This document shows, piece after piece, positions 43,401-57,134 of a stretch of DNA of 64,000 nt. The DNA is from Eledone cirrhosa (lineage: Eukaryota): assembly GCA_964016885.1 (NCBI GenBank), contig OZ024743.1, forward strand, positions 136,090,001-136,154,000. Direction: 5' to 3'. Under the pieces are notes generated by a model that saw nothing but the letters and a program-made list of their open reading frames with translations, searched no databases and was not told where the DNA came from. The position numbers were made by a program, and so were the translations under genes. The first letter of the stretch is position 1; each line of letters opens with the position of its first letter.

Positions 43401-46100
43401 AGCGCCAAAGACCAAACACCAAGCACCAAGCACGAAACACCAAGCACCAAGCACCGAGCCCCAAACACCAAGTACCAAGCACCAAACACCAAACACCAAG
43501 CACCAAGCACCAAACACCAAACACCAAGCACCAAGTACCAAACACCAAACACCAAACACCAAACACCAAACACCAAACAGCAAACGCCAAAAAGCAAACG
43601 CCAAACTCCAAACGCCAAACAACAAACGCCAAGGACCAAACACCAAACACCAAGCGCCAAGCACCAAACACCAAACACCAAGCACCAAACACCAAACACC
43701 AAGGACCAATCACCAAACACCAAGCACCAAACACCAAGCACCAAACACCAAGCACCAAGCACCAAGCGCCAAACACCAAACACCAAACACCTAGCACCAA
43801 GCACCAAGCACCAAACACCAAGCACCAAACACCAAGCACCAAGCACCAAGCACCAAGCACCAAGCACCAAACACCAATCACCAAGCCCCAAGCACCAAAC
43901 ACCAAGCACCCAGCACCATACACCAAACACCAAGCACCAAGCACCCAGAACAAAGCACCAAGCACCAAACACCAAACACCAAGCTCCAAGCACCAAACAC
44001 CAAACACCAAGCACCAAGCACCAAGCACCAAACACCAAACACCAAGTACCAAGCACCAAACACCAAACACCAAGCACCAATCACCAAACACCAAGCACCA
44101 AGCGCCAAACACCAAACACCAAACACCTAGCACCAAGCACCAAGCACCGAACACCAAGCACCAAACACCAAGCACCAAGCACCAAGCACCAAGCACCAAG
44201 CACCAAACACCAATCACCAAGCCCCAAGCACCAAACACCAAGCACCAAGCACCAAACACCAAACACCAAGCACCAAGCACCCAGAACCAAGCACCAAGCA
44301 CCAAACACCAAACACCAAGCACCAAGCACCAAACCCCAAACACCAAGCACCAAGCACCAAGCACCAAGCACCAAACACCATACACCAAGCACCAAGCACC
44401 AAACACCAAAAACCAATCACCAAGCACCAAAGAGCAAACACCAAGCCCCAAGCAACAAACACCAAACACCAAACACCAAATAGCAAACACCAAACACCAA
44501 CCAGGAAACACCAAACAGCAAACACCAAACAGCAAACGCCAAACAGCAAACACAAACACCAAGCACCAAACACCAAGCACCAACCACCAAGCACCAAACA
44601 CCAAGCACCAAGCACCAAGCACCAAGCACCAAGCACCAAACACCAAGCACCAAGCACCAAACAGCAAACACCAAGCACCAAACACCAAACACCACGCACC
44701 AAGCAACAAACACCAAACACCAAGCACCAAACACCAAGCACCAAGCCCCAAGCACGAAACACCAAGCACCAAGCACGAAACACCAAGCACCAAGCACCAA
44801 GCACCATGCACCAAACACCAAGCACCAAGCACCAAACAGCAAACACCAAACAACAAACACCAAACAGCAAACACCAAACAGCAAACACCAAACAGCAAAC
44901 ACCAAACAGCAAACGCCAAAAAGCAAACGCCAAACTCCAAACGCCAAACAGCAAATGCCAAACCCAAACGCCAAACAGCAAACGCCAAGCACAAAACACC
45001 AAACACCAAGCGCCAAGCACCAAACACCAAACACCAAGCACCAAGCACCAAATACCAAACACCAAGCACCAAGTACCAAACACCAAACACCAAGCACCAA
45101 ACACCAAACAGCAAACGCAAAAAAGCAAACGCCAAACCCCATACGCCAAACAGCAAATGCCAAACCCCAAATGCCAAACGGCAAACGCCAAGCACCAAAC
45201 ACCAAACACCAAGCGCCAAGCACCAAACACCAAACACCAAGCACCAAGCACCAAACACCAAACACCAAGCACCAATCACCAAACACCAAACACCAAGCGC
45301 CAAACACCAAACACCAAACACCTATCACCAAGCACCAAGCACCAAGCGCCAAACACCAAACACCAAACACCTAGCACCAAGCACCAAGCACCGAACACCA
45401 AGCACCAAGCACCAAGCACCAAGCACCAAGCACCAAACACCAATCACCAAGCCCCAAGCACCAAACACCAAGCACCAAGCACCAAACACCAAACACCAAG
45501 CACCAAGCACCAAACACCAAACACCAAGCACCAAGCACCAAGCACCAAGCACCAAACACCATACACCAAACAGCAAACGCCAAAAAGCAAACGCCAAACC
45601 CCATACGCCAAACAGCAAATGCCAAACCCCAAACGCCAAACAGCAAACGCCAAGCACCAAACACCAAACACCAAGCGTCAAGCACCAAACACCAAACACC
45701 AAGCACCAAGCACCAAACACCAAACACCAAGCACCAATCACCAAACACCAAGCACCAAGCGCCAAGCACCAAACACCAAACACCTAGCACCAAGCACCAA
45801 GCACCAAACACCAAGCACCAAACACCAATCACCAAGCCCCAAGCACCAAACACCAAGCACCAAGCACCAAACACCAAACACCAAGCACCAAGCACCCAGA
45901 ACCAAGCACCAAGCACCAAACACCAGGCACCAAGCACCGAGCACCAAACACCAAGAACCAAGCACCAAGCACTAAACACCAAACACCAAGCACCAAGCAC
46001 CAAACACCAAACACCAAGCACCAAGTACCAAATTCCAAACACCAAACACCAAGCACCAAGCACCAAATCCCAAGCACCAAACACCAAGCACCAATCACCA
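37500..46100 (+). repeat. ~5.44-kb-offset duplication, ~37500-40600 matches ~42920-46100
   Basis: ORF pairs 38777/44214, 38980/44417, 39369/44806, 39518/44955 are offset 5437; flanks are offset 5416-5423 and 5493. Both copies carry the GAGCAAA...TAGCAAA...CAGGAAA island. Confidence 0.87.
41354..42897 (+). repeat. 847-bp-offset duplication (41354-42050 matches 42201-42897)
   Basis: ORF pairs 41470/42317, 41498/42345, 41617/42464, 41851/42698 are offset 847 (121 heptamers). Confidence 0.85.
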
Positions 46101-47352
46101 AACACCAAGCACCAAGCACCAAACACCAAACACCAAGCACCAAGCACCAAACACCAAACACCAAGCACCAAGCCCCAAGCACCAAACAGCAAGCACCAAG
46201 CACCAAACACCAAACACCAAGCACCAAGCACTAAACACCAAACACCAAGCACCAAGCACCAAGCACCAAGCACCAAGCACCAAACACCAAGCACCAAGCA
46301 CCAAGCACCAAGCACCAAGCACCAAACACCAAGCACCAAGCACCAAACAGCAAACACCAAGCACCAAACACCAAACACCAAGCACCAAGCACCAAACACC
46401 AAACACCAAACACCAAGCACCAAGCCCCAAGCACCAAACACCAAGCACCAAGCACCAAACACCAAGCACGAAGCACCAAGCACCATGCACCAAACACCAA
46501 GCACCAAGCACCAAACAGCAAACACCAAACAGCAAACACCAAACACCAAACACCAACCAGCAAACACCAAACACCAAACACCAAACAGCAAACACCAAAC
46601 AGCAAACACCAAACAGCAAACACCAAACACCAAACACCAAACAGCAAATGCCAAAAAGCAAACGCCAAACCCCAAACGCCAAACAGTAAATGCCAAACCC
46701 CAAACGCCAAACAGCAAACGCCAAGCGCCAAACGCCAAACACCAAGCGCCAAGCACCAGACACCAAACACCAAGCACCAAGCACCAAACACCAAACACCA
46801 AGCACCAAGTACCAAACACCAAACACCAAGCACCAAACACCAAACAGCAAACACCAAAAAGCAAATGCCAAACCCCATACGCCAAACAGCAAATGCCAAA
46901 ACCCCAAACGCCAAACAGCAAACGCCAAGCACCGAACACCAAACACCAAGCGCCAAGCACCAAACACCAAACACCAAGCACCAAGCACCAAACACGAAAC
47001 ACCAAGCACCAATCACCAAACACCAAGCACCAAGCGCCAAGCACCAAACACCAAACACCTAGCACCAAGCACCAAGCACCAAACACCAAGTACCAAACAC
47101 CAATCACCAAGCCCCAAGCACCAAACACCAAGCACCAAGCACCAAACACCAAACACCAAGCACCAAGCACCCAGAACCAAGCACCAAGCACCAAACACCA
47201 AGCACCAAGCACCGAGCACCAAACACCAAGAACCAAGCACCAAGCACTAAACACCAAACACCAAGCACCAAGCACCAAACACCAAACACCAAGCACCAAA
47301 CACCAAACAGCAAACGCCAAAAAGCAAACGCCAAACCCCATACGCCAAACAG

Positions 47353-49620
47353 CAAATGCCAAACCCCAAATGCCAAACAGCAAACGCCAGGCACCAAACA
47401 CCAAACACCAAGCGCCAAGCACCAAACACCAAACACCAAGCACCAATCACCAAACACCAAGCACCAAGCGCCAAACACCAAACACCAAACACCTAGCACC
47501 AAGCACCAAGCACCGAACACCAAGCACCAAGCACCAAGCACCAAGCACCAAGCACCAAACACCAATCACCAAGCCCCAAGCACCAAACACCAAGCACCAA
47601 GCACCAAACACCAAACACCAAGCACCAAGCACCAAACACCAAACACCAAGCACCAAGCACCAAGCACCAAGCACCAAACACCATACACCAAATAGCAAAC
47701 GCCAAAAAGCAAACGCCAAACCCCATACGCCAAACAGCAAATGCCAAACCCCAAACGCCAAACAGCAAACGCCAAGCACCAAACACCAAACACCAAGCGT
47801 CAAGCACCAAACACCAAACACCAAGCACCAAGCACCAAACACCAAACACCAAGCACCAATCACCAAACACCAAGCACCAAGCGCCAAGCACCAAACACCA
47901 AACACCTAGCACCAAGCACCAAGCACCAAACACCAAGCACCAAACACCAATCACCAAGCCCCAAGCACCAAACACCAAGCACCAAGCACCAAACACCAAA
48001 CACCAAGCACCAAGCACCCAGAACCAAGCACCAAGCACCAAACACCAAGCACCAAGCACCGAGCACCAAACACCAAGAACCAAGCACCAAGCACTAAACA
48101 CCAAACACCAAGCACCAAGCACCAAACACCAAACACCAAGCACCAAACTCCAAACACCAAACACCAAGCACCAAGCACCAAATCCCAAGCACCAAACACC
48201 AAGCACCAATCACCAAACACCAAACACCAAGCACCAAGCACCAAACTCCAAAAACCAAGCACCAAGCACCAAGCACCAAACACCAAACGCCAAACACCAA
48301 ACACCAAGTACCAAGCACCAAACACCAAGCACCAAGCGCCAAAGACCAAACACCAAGCACCAAGCACGAAACACCAAGCACCAAGCACCGAGCACCAAAC
48401 ACCAAGTACCAAGCACCAAACACCAAACACCAAGCACCAAGCACCAAACACCAAACACCAAGCACCAAGTACCAAACACCAAACACCAAACACCAAACAC
48501 CAAACAGCAAACGCCAAAAAGCAAACGCCAAACTCCAAACGCCAAACAACAAATGCCAAACCCCAAACGCCAAACAGCAAACGCCAGGCACCAAACACCA
48601 AACACCAAGCGCCAAGCACCAAACACCAAACACCAAGCACCAATCACCAAACACCAAGCACCAAGCGCCAAACACCAAACACCAAACACCTAGCACCAAG
48701 CACCAAGCACCGAACACCAAGCACCAAGCACCAAGCACCAAGCACGAAGCACCAAACACCAATCACCAAGCCCCAAGCACCAAACACCAAGCACCAAGCA
48801 CCAAACACCAAACACCAAGCACCAAGCACCAAACACCAAACACCAAGCACCAAGCACCAAGCACCAAGCACCAAACACCATACACCAAACAGCAAACGCC
48901 AAAAAGCAAACGCCAAACCCCATACGCCAAACAGCAAATGCCAAACCCCAAACGCCAAACAGCAAACGCCAAGCACCAAACACCAAACACCAAGCGTCAA
49001 GCACCAAACACCAAACACCAAGCACCAAGCACCAAACACCAAACACCAAGCACCAATCACCAAACACCAAGCACCAAGCGCCAAGCACCAAACACCAAAC
49101 ACCTAGCACCAAGCACCAAGCACCAAACACCAAGCACCAAACACCAATCACCAAGCCCCAAGCACCAAACACCAAGCACCAAGCACCAAACACCAAACAC
49201 CAAGCACCAAGCACCCAGAAACAAGCACCAAGCACCAAACACCAAGCACCAAGCACCGAGCACCAAACACCAAGAACCAAGCACCAAGCACTAAACACCA
49301 AACACCAAGCACCAAGCACCAAACACCAAACACCAAGCACCAAGTACCAAACTCCAAACACCAAACACCAAGCACCAAGCACCAAATCCCAAGCACCAAA
49401 CACCAGGCACCAATCACCAAACACCAAACACCAAGCACCAAGCACCAAACTCCAAAAACCAAGCACCAAGCACCAAGCACCAAACACCAAACGCCAAACA
49501 CCAAACACCAAGTACCAAGCACCAAACACCAAGCACCAAGCGCCAAAGACCAAACACCAAGCACCAAGCACGAAACACCAAGCACCAAGCACCGAGCACC
49601 AAACACCAAGTACCAAGCAC
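47353..49620 (+). repeat. 1197-bp-offset duplication (47353-48146 matches 48550-49343; continues at offset 1204)
   Basis: ORF pairs 47447/48644, 47566/48763, 47741/48938, 47860/49057 are offset 1197 (171 heptamers); 48210/49414 is offset 1204. Confidence 0.85.
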
Positions 49621-52282
49621 CAATCACCAAACACCAAGCACCAAGCACCAAACACCAAACACCAAGCACCAAGCACCAAACACCAAACACCAAGCACCAA
49701 GCCCCAAGCACCAAACAGCAAGCACCAAGCACCAAACACCAAACACCAAGCACCAAGCACTAAACACCAAACACCAAGCACCAAGCACCAAGCACCAAGC
49801 ACCAAGCACCAAGCACCAAACACCAAGCACCAAGCACCAAGCACCAAGCACCAAGCACCAAGCACCAAACACCAAGCACCAAGCACCAAACAGCAAACAC
49901 CAAGCACCAAACACCAAACACCAAGCACCAAACACCAAACACCAAACACCAAACACCAAGCACCAAGCCCCAAGCACCAAACACCAAGCACCAAGCACCA
50001 AACACCAAGCACGAAGCACCAAGCACCATGCACCAAACACCAAGCACCAAGCACCAAACAGCAAACACCAAACAGCAAACACCAAACACCAAACACCAAC
50101 CAGCAAACACCAAACACCAAACACCAAACAGCAAACACCAAACAGCAAACACCAAACAGCAAACACCAAACACCAAACACCAAACAGCAAATGCCAAAAA
50201 GCAAACGCCAAACCCCAAACGCCAAACAGTAAATGCCAAACCCCAAACGCCAAACAGCAAACGCCAAGCGCCAAACGCCAAACACCAAGCGCCAAGCACC
50301 AAACACCAAACACCAAGCACCAAGCACCAAATCCCAAGCACCAAACACCAAGCACCAATCACCAAACACCAAACACCAAGCACCAAGCACCAAACTCCAA
50401 AAACCAAGCACCAAGCACCAAGCACCAAACACCAAACGCCAAACACCAAACACCAAGTACCAAGCACCAAACACCAAGCACCAAGCGCCAAAGACCAAAC
50501 ACCAAGCACCAAGCACGAAACACCAAGCACCAAGCACCGAGCACCAAACACCAAGTACCAAGCACCAAACACCAAACACCAAGCACCAAGCACCAAACAC
50601 CAAACACCAAGCACCAAGTACCAAACACCAAACACCAAACACCAAACACCAAACAGCAAACGCCAAAAAGCAAACGCCAAACTCCAAACGCCAAACAACA
50701 AACGCCAAGGACCAAACACCAAACACCAAGCGCCAAGCACCAAACACCAAACACCAAGCACCAAGCACCAAACACCAAACACCAAGGACCAATCACCAAA
50801 CACCAAGCACCAAACACCAAGCACCAAACACCAAGCACCAAGCACCAAGCGCCAAACACCAAACACCAAACACCTAGCACCAAGCACCAAGCACCAAACA
50901 CCAAGCACCAAACACCAAGCACCAAGCACCAAGCACCAAGCACCAAGCACCAAACACCAATCACCAAGCCCCAAGCACCAAACACCAAGCACCCAGCACC
51001 ATACACCAAACACCAAGCACCAAGCACCCAGAACAAAGCACCAAGCACCAAACACCAAACACCAAGCTCCAAGCACCAAACACCAAACACCAAGCACCAA
51101 GCACCAAGCACCAAGCACCAAACACCAAACACCAAGCACCAAGCACCAAACACCAAACACCAAGCACCAATCACCAAACACCAAGCACCAAGCGCCAAAC
51201 ACCAAACACCAAACACCTAGCACCAAGCACCAAGCACCGAACACCAAGCACCAAACACCAAGCACCAAGCACCAAGCACCAAGCACCAAGCACCAAACAC
51301 CAATCACCAAGCCCCAAGCACCAAACACCAAGCACCAAGCACCAAACACCAAACACCAAGCACCAAGCACCCAGAACCAAGCACCAAGCACCAAACACCA
51401 AACACCAAGCACCAAGCACCAAACCCCAAACACCAAGCACCAAGCACCAAGCACCAAGCGCCAAACACCATACACCAAGCACCAAGCACCAAACACCAAA
51501 AACCAATCACCAAGCACCAAAGAGCTAACACCAAGCCCCAAGCAACAAACACCAAACACCAAACACCAAAAAGCAAACACTAAACACCAAACACCAAATA
51601 GCAAACACCAAACACCAATTAGCAAACACCAAACACCAACCAGGAAACACCAAACAGCAAACACCAAACAGCAAACGCCAAACAGCAAACACAAACACCA
51701 AACACCAAACACCAAGCACCAAGCACCAAGCACAAAACCCCAAGCACCAAGCGCCAAGCACCAAACACCAAACACCAAACACCAAACAGCAAACACTAAA
51801 CACCAAACACCAAACAGCAAACACGAAACACCAAATAGCAAACACCAAACACCAACCAGGAAACACCAAACAGCAAACACCAAACAGCAAACGCCAAACA
51901 GCAAACATAAACAGCAAACACCAAACACCAAGTACCAAGCACCAAGCACAAAACACCAAGCAACAAGCGCCAAGCACCAAACACCAAACACCAAACACCA
52001 AACAGCAAACACCAATCACCAAACACCAGACACCAAACACCAAACAGCAAACACCAAACACCAAACAGCAAACACCAAACACCAAACACCAAACAGCAAA
52101 CACGAAACAGCAAACACGAAACAGCAAACACCAAACAGCAAACACCAAACAGCAAGCACCATACACCAAACACCAAACACCAAGCACCAAGCACCAAACA
52201 CCAAGCACCAAGCAACAAGCACCAACCACCAAGCACCAAGCACTAAACACCAAACACCTAGCACCAAGCACCAAGCACCAAA

Positions 52283-55200
52283 CACCAAGCACCAAGCACC
52301 AAGCACCAAACACCAAGCACCAAAGACCAAGCCCCAAATACCAAGCACCAAGCACCAAACACCAGTCACCAGGCACCAAGCACCAAACACCAACAACCAA
52401 GCACCAAGCACTAAACACCAAACACCAAGCACCAAGCACCGAACACCAAACACCAAGCACCAAGTACCAAACTCCAAACACCAAACACCAAGCACGAAGC
52501 ACCAAATCCCAAGCACCAAACACCAAGCACCAATCAACAAACACCAAACACCAAGCACCAAGCACCAAACACCAAAAACCAAGCACCAAGCACCAAGCAC
52601 CAAACACCAAACACCGAACACCAAGTACCAAGCACCAAACACCAAGCACCAGGCGCCAAAGACCAAACACCAAGCACCAAGCACGAAACACCAAGCACCA
52701 AGCACCGAGCACCAAACACCAAGTACCAGGCACCAATCAACAAACACCAAGCACCAAGCACCAAATACCAGACAGCAAGCACCAAGCACCAAACACCAAA
52801 CACCAAGCACCAAGCACCAAACACCAAGCACCAAGCGCCAAACACCAAACACCAAGCACCAAGCACCAAACACCAAGCACCAACCACCAAGCACCAAACA
52901 CCAAGCACCAAGCACCAAACACCAAGCACCAATCACCAAACAGCAAACACCAAGCACCAAACACCAAACACCAAGCACCAAGCACCAAACACCAAGCACC
53001 AAGCACCAAACACCAAGCACCAAGCACCAAACACCAAAAACCAATCACCAAGCACCAAAGAGCAAACACCAAGCCCCAAGCACCAAACACCAAACACCAA
53101 ACACCAAATAGCAAACACTAAACACCAAACACCAAACAGCAAACACAAAACACCAAATAGCAAATACCAAACAGCAAACACCAAACACCAAACAGCAAAC
53201 ACCAAACACCAACCAGGAAACACCAAACACCAAGCACCAAACACCAAGCACCAAGCCCCAAGCACCAAACACCAAGCACCAAGCACCAAACACCAAGCAC
53301 CAAGCACCATGCACCAAACACCTAGCACCAAGCACCAAACAGCAAACACCAAACAGCAAACACCAAACACCAACCAGCGAACACCAAGCACCAAACACCA
53401 AACACCAAGCACCAAGCACCAAACACCAAACACCAAGCACCAAGCACCACACACCAAATACCAAGCACCAAGCACTAAACACCAAACACCAAGCACCAAG
53501 CACCAATCACCAAGCACCAAGCACTAAACACCAAACACCTAGCACCAAGCACCAAGCACCAAACACCAAGCACCAAGCACCAAGCACCAAACACCAAGCA
53601 CCAAAGACCAATCCCCAAATACCAAGCACCAAGCACCAAACACTAATCACCAGGGACCAAGCACCAAACACCAAGAACCAAGCACCAAGCACTAAACACC
53701 AAACACCAAGCACCAAGCACCAAACACCAAACACCAAGCACCAAGTACCAAACTCCAAACACCAAACACCAAGCACCAAGCACCAAATCCCAAGCACCAA
53801 ACACCAAGCACCAATCACCAAACACCAAACACCAAGCACCAAGCACCAAACACCAAAAACCAAGCACCAAGCACCAAGCACCAAACACCAAGCACCAAGC
53901 ACCAAACACCAAACAGCAAGCACCAAGCACCAAACACCAAACACCAAGCACCAAGCACCACACACCAACTACCAAGCACCAAGCACTAAACACCAAACAC
54001 CAAGCACCAAGCACCAAGCATCAAGCACCAAGCACCAAACACCAAGCACCAAGCACCAAGCACCAAACATAAAACAACAAGTACCAAGCACCAAACACCA
54101 AACACCAAACACCAAACACCAAGCACAAAGCACCAAACACCAAACACCAAGCACCAAGCACCAGACACCAAGCACCAAGCACCAAGCACCAAGCACCAAA
54201 AACCAAGCACCAAGCACCAAGGACCAAACACCAAGCACCAAACACCAAACACCAAGCACCAAGCACCAAACACCAAACACCAAGCACCAAACACCAAACA
54301 CCAAGCACCAATCACCAAACACCAAGCACCAAGCGCCAAACACCAAACACCAAACACCTAGCACCAAGCACCAAGCACCGAATCCCAAGCACCAAACACC
54401 AAGCACCAAGCACCAAGCACCAAGCACCAAGCACCAAACACCAATCACCAAGCCCGAAGCACCAAACACGAAGCACCAAGCACCAAACACCAAACACCAA
54501 GCACCATGCACCCAGAACCAAGCACCAAGCACCAAACACCAAACACCAAGCACCAAGCACCAATCACCAAACACCAAGCACCAAGCACCAAGCACCAAGC
54601 ACCAAACACCATACACCAAGCACCAAGCACCAAACACCAAAAACCAATCACCAAGCACCAAAGAGCAAACACCAAGCCCCAAGCACCAAACACCAAACAC
54701 CAAACACCAAACAGCAAACACTAAACACCAAACACCAAACAGCAAACACGAAACACCAAATAGCAAACACCAAACACCAACCAGGAAACACCAAACAGCA
54801 AACACCAAACAGCAAACGCCAAACAGCAAACATAAACACCAAACACCAAACACCAAGCACCAAGCACCAAGCACAAAACACCAAGCAACAAGCGCCAAGC
54901 ACCAAACGCCAAACACCAAACACCAAACACCAAACAGCAAACACCAAACAGCAAACACCAAACAGCAAACACCAAACACCAAACACCAAACACCAAGCAC
55001 CAAGCACCAAACACCAAGCACCAAGCAACAAGCACCAATCACCAAGCACCAAGCACTAAACACCAAACACCTAGCACCAAGCACCAAGCACCAAACACCA
55101 AGCACCAAGCACCAAGCACCAAGCACCAAACACCAAGCACCAAAGACCAAGCCCCAAATACCAAGCACCAAGCACCAAACACCAGTCACCAGGCACCAAG

Positions 55201-56193
55201 CACCAAACACCAACAACCAAGCACCAAGCACTAAACACCAAACACCAAGCACCAAGCACCAAACACCAAACACCAAGCACCAAGTACCAAACTCCAAACA
55301 CCAAACACCAAGCACCAAGCACCAAATCCCAAGCACCAAACACCAAGCACCAATCACCAAACACCAAACACCAAGCACCAAGCACCAAACACCCAAAACC
55401 AAGCACCAAGCACCAAGCACCAAACACCAAACACTGAACACCAAGTACCAAGCACCAAACACCAAGCACCAAGCGCCAAAGACCAAACACCAAGCACCAA
55501 GCACGAAACACCAAGCACCAAGCACCGAGCACCAAACACCAAGTACCAGGCACCAATCAACAAACACCAAGCACCAAGCACCAAATACCAGACAGCAAGC
55601 ACCAAGCACCAAACACCAAACACCAAGCACCAAGCACCAAACACCAAGCACCAAGCGCCAAACACCAAACACCAAGCACCAAGCACCAAACACCAAGCAC
55701 CAACCACCAAGCACCAAACAACAAGCACCAAGCACCAAACACCAAGCACCAATCACCAAACAGCAAACACCAAGCACCAAACACCAAACACCAAGCACCA
55801 AGCACCAAACACCAAGCACCAAGCACCAAACACCAAGCACCAAGCACCAAACACCAAAAACCAATCACTAAGCACCAAAGAGCAAACACCAAGCCCCAAG
55901 CACCAAACACCAAACACCAAACACCAAATAGCAAACACTAAACACCAAACACCAAACAGCAAACACAAAACACCAAATAGCAAATACCAAACAGCAAACA
56001 CCAAACACCAAACAGCAAACACCAAACACCAACCAGGAAACACCAAACACCAAGCACCAAACACCAAGCACCAAGCCCCAAGCACCAAACACCAAGCACC
56101 AAGCACCAAACACCAAGCACCAAGCACCATGCACCAAACACCAAGCACCAAGCACCAAACAGCAAACACCAAACAGCAAACACCAAACACCAA
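52283..56193 (+). repeat. 2820-bp-offset duplication (52283-53373 matches 55103-56193), more diverged than the others
   Basis: ORF pairs 52534/55354, 52737/55557, 52933/55753, 53118/55938. Shared CACCAGT CACCAGG, CAACAAC and TACCAGA units. I count 9 substitutions in ~1.09 kb by line comparison. Confidence 0.88.
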
Positions 56194-57134
56194 ACACCAA
56201 CCAGCAAACACCAAGCACCAAACACCAAACACCAAGCACCAAGCACCAAACACCAAACACCAAGCACCAAGCACCACAAACCAAATACCAAGCACCAAGC
56301 ACTAAACACCAAACACCAAGCACCAAGCACCAAGCATCAAGCACCAAGCACCAAACACCAACCACCAAGCACCAAGCACCAAACACAAAACAACAAGTAC
56401 CAAGCACCAAACACCAAACACCAAACACCAAACACCAAGCACCAAGCACCAGACACCAAGCACCAAGCACCAAGCACCAAGCACCAAAAACCAAGCTCCA
56501 AGCTCCAAGCACCAAACACCAAGCACCAACCACCAAGCACCAAACACCAAGCACCAGGCACCAAGCACCAAGCACCAAGCACCAAACACCAAGCACCAAG
56601 CACCAAACAGCAAACACCAAGCACCAAACACCAAACACCAAGCACCAAGCAACAAACACCAAACACCAAGCACCAAACACCAAGCACCAAGCCCCAAGCA
56701 CCAAACACCAAGCACCAAGCACCAAACACCAAGCACCAAGCACCAAGCACCATGCACCAAACACCAAGCACCAAGCACCAAACAGCAAACACCAAACAGC
56801 AAACACCAAACAGCAAACACCAAACAGCAAACACCAAACACCAAACACCAAACAGCAAATGCCAAAAAGCAAACGCCAAACTCCAAACGCCAAACAGCAA
56901 ATGCCAAACCCCAAACGCCAAACAGCAAACGCCAAGCACCAAACACCAAACACCAAGCGCCAAGCACCAAACACCAAACACCAAGCACCAAGCACCAAAC
57001 ACCAAACACCAAGCACCAAGTACCAAACACCAAACACCAAGCACCAAACACCAAAGAGCAAACGCAAAAAAGCAAACGCCAAACCCCATACGCCAAACAG
57101 CAAATGCCAAACCCCAAACGCCAAACAGCAAACG

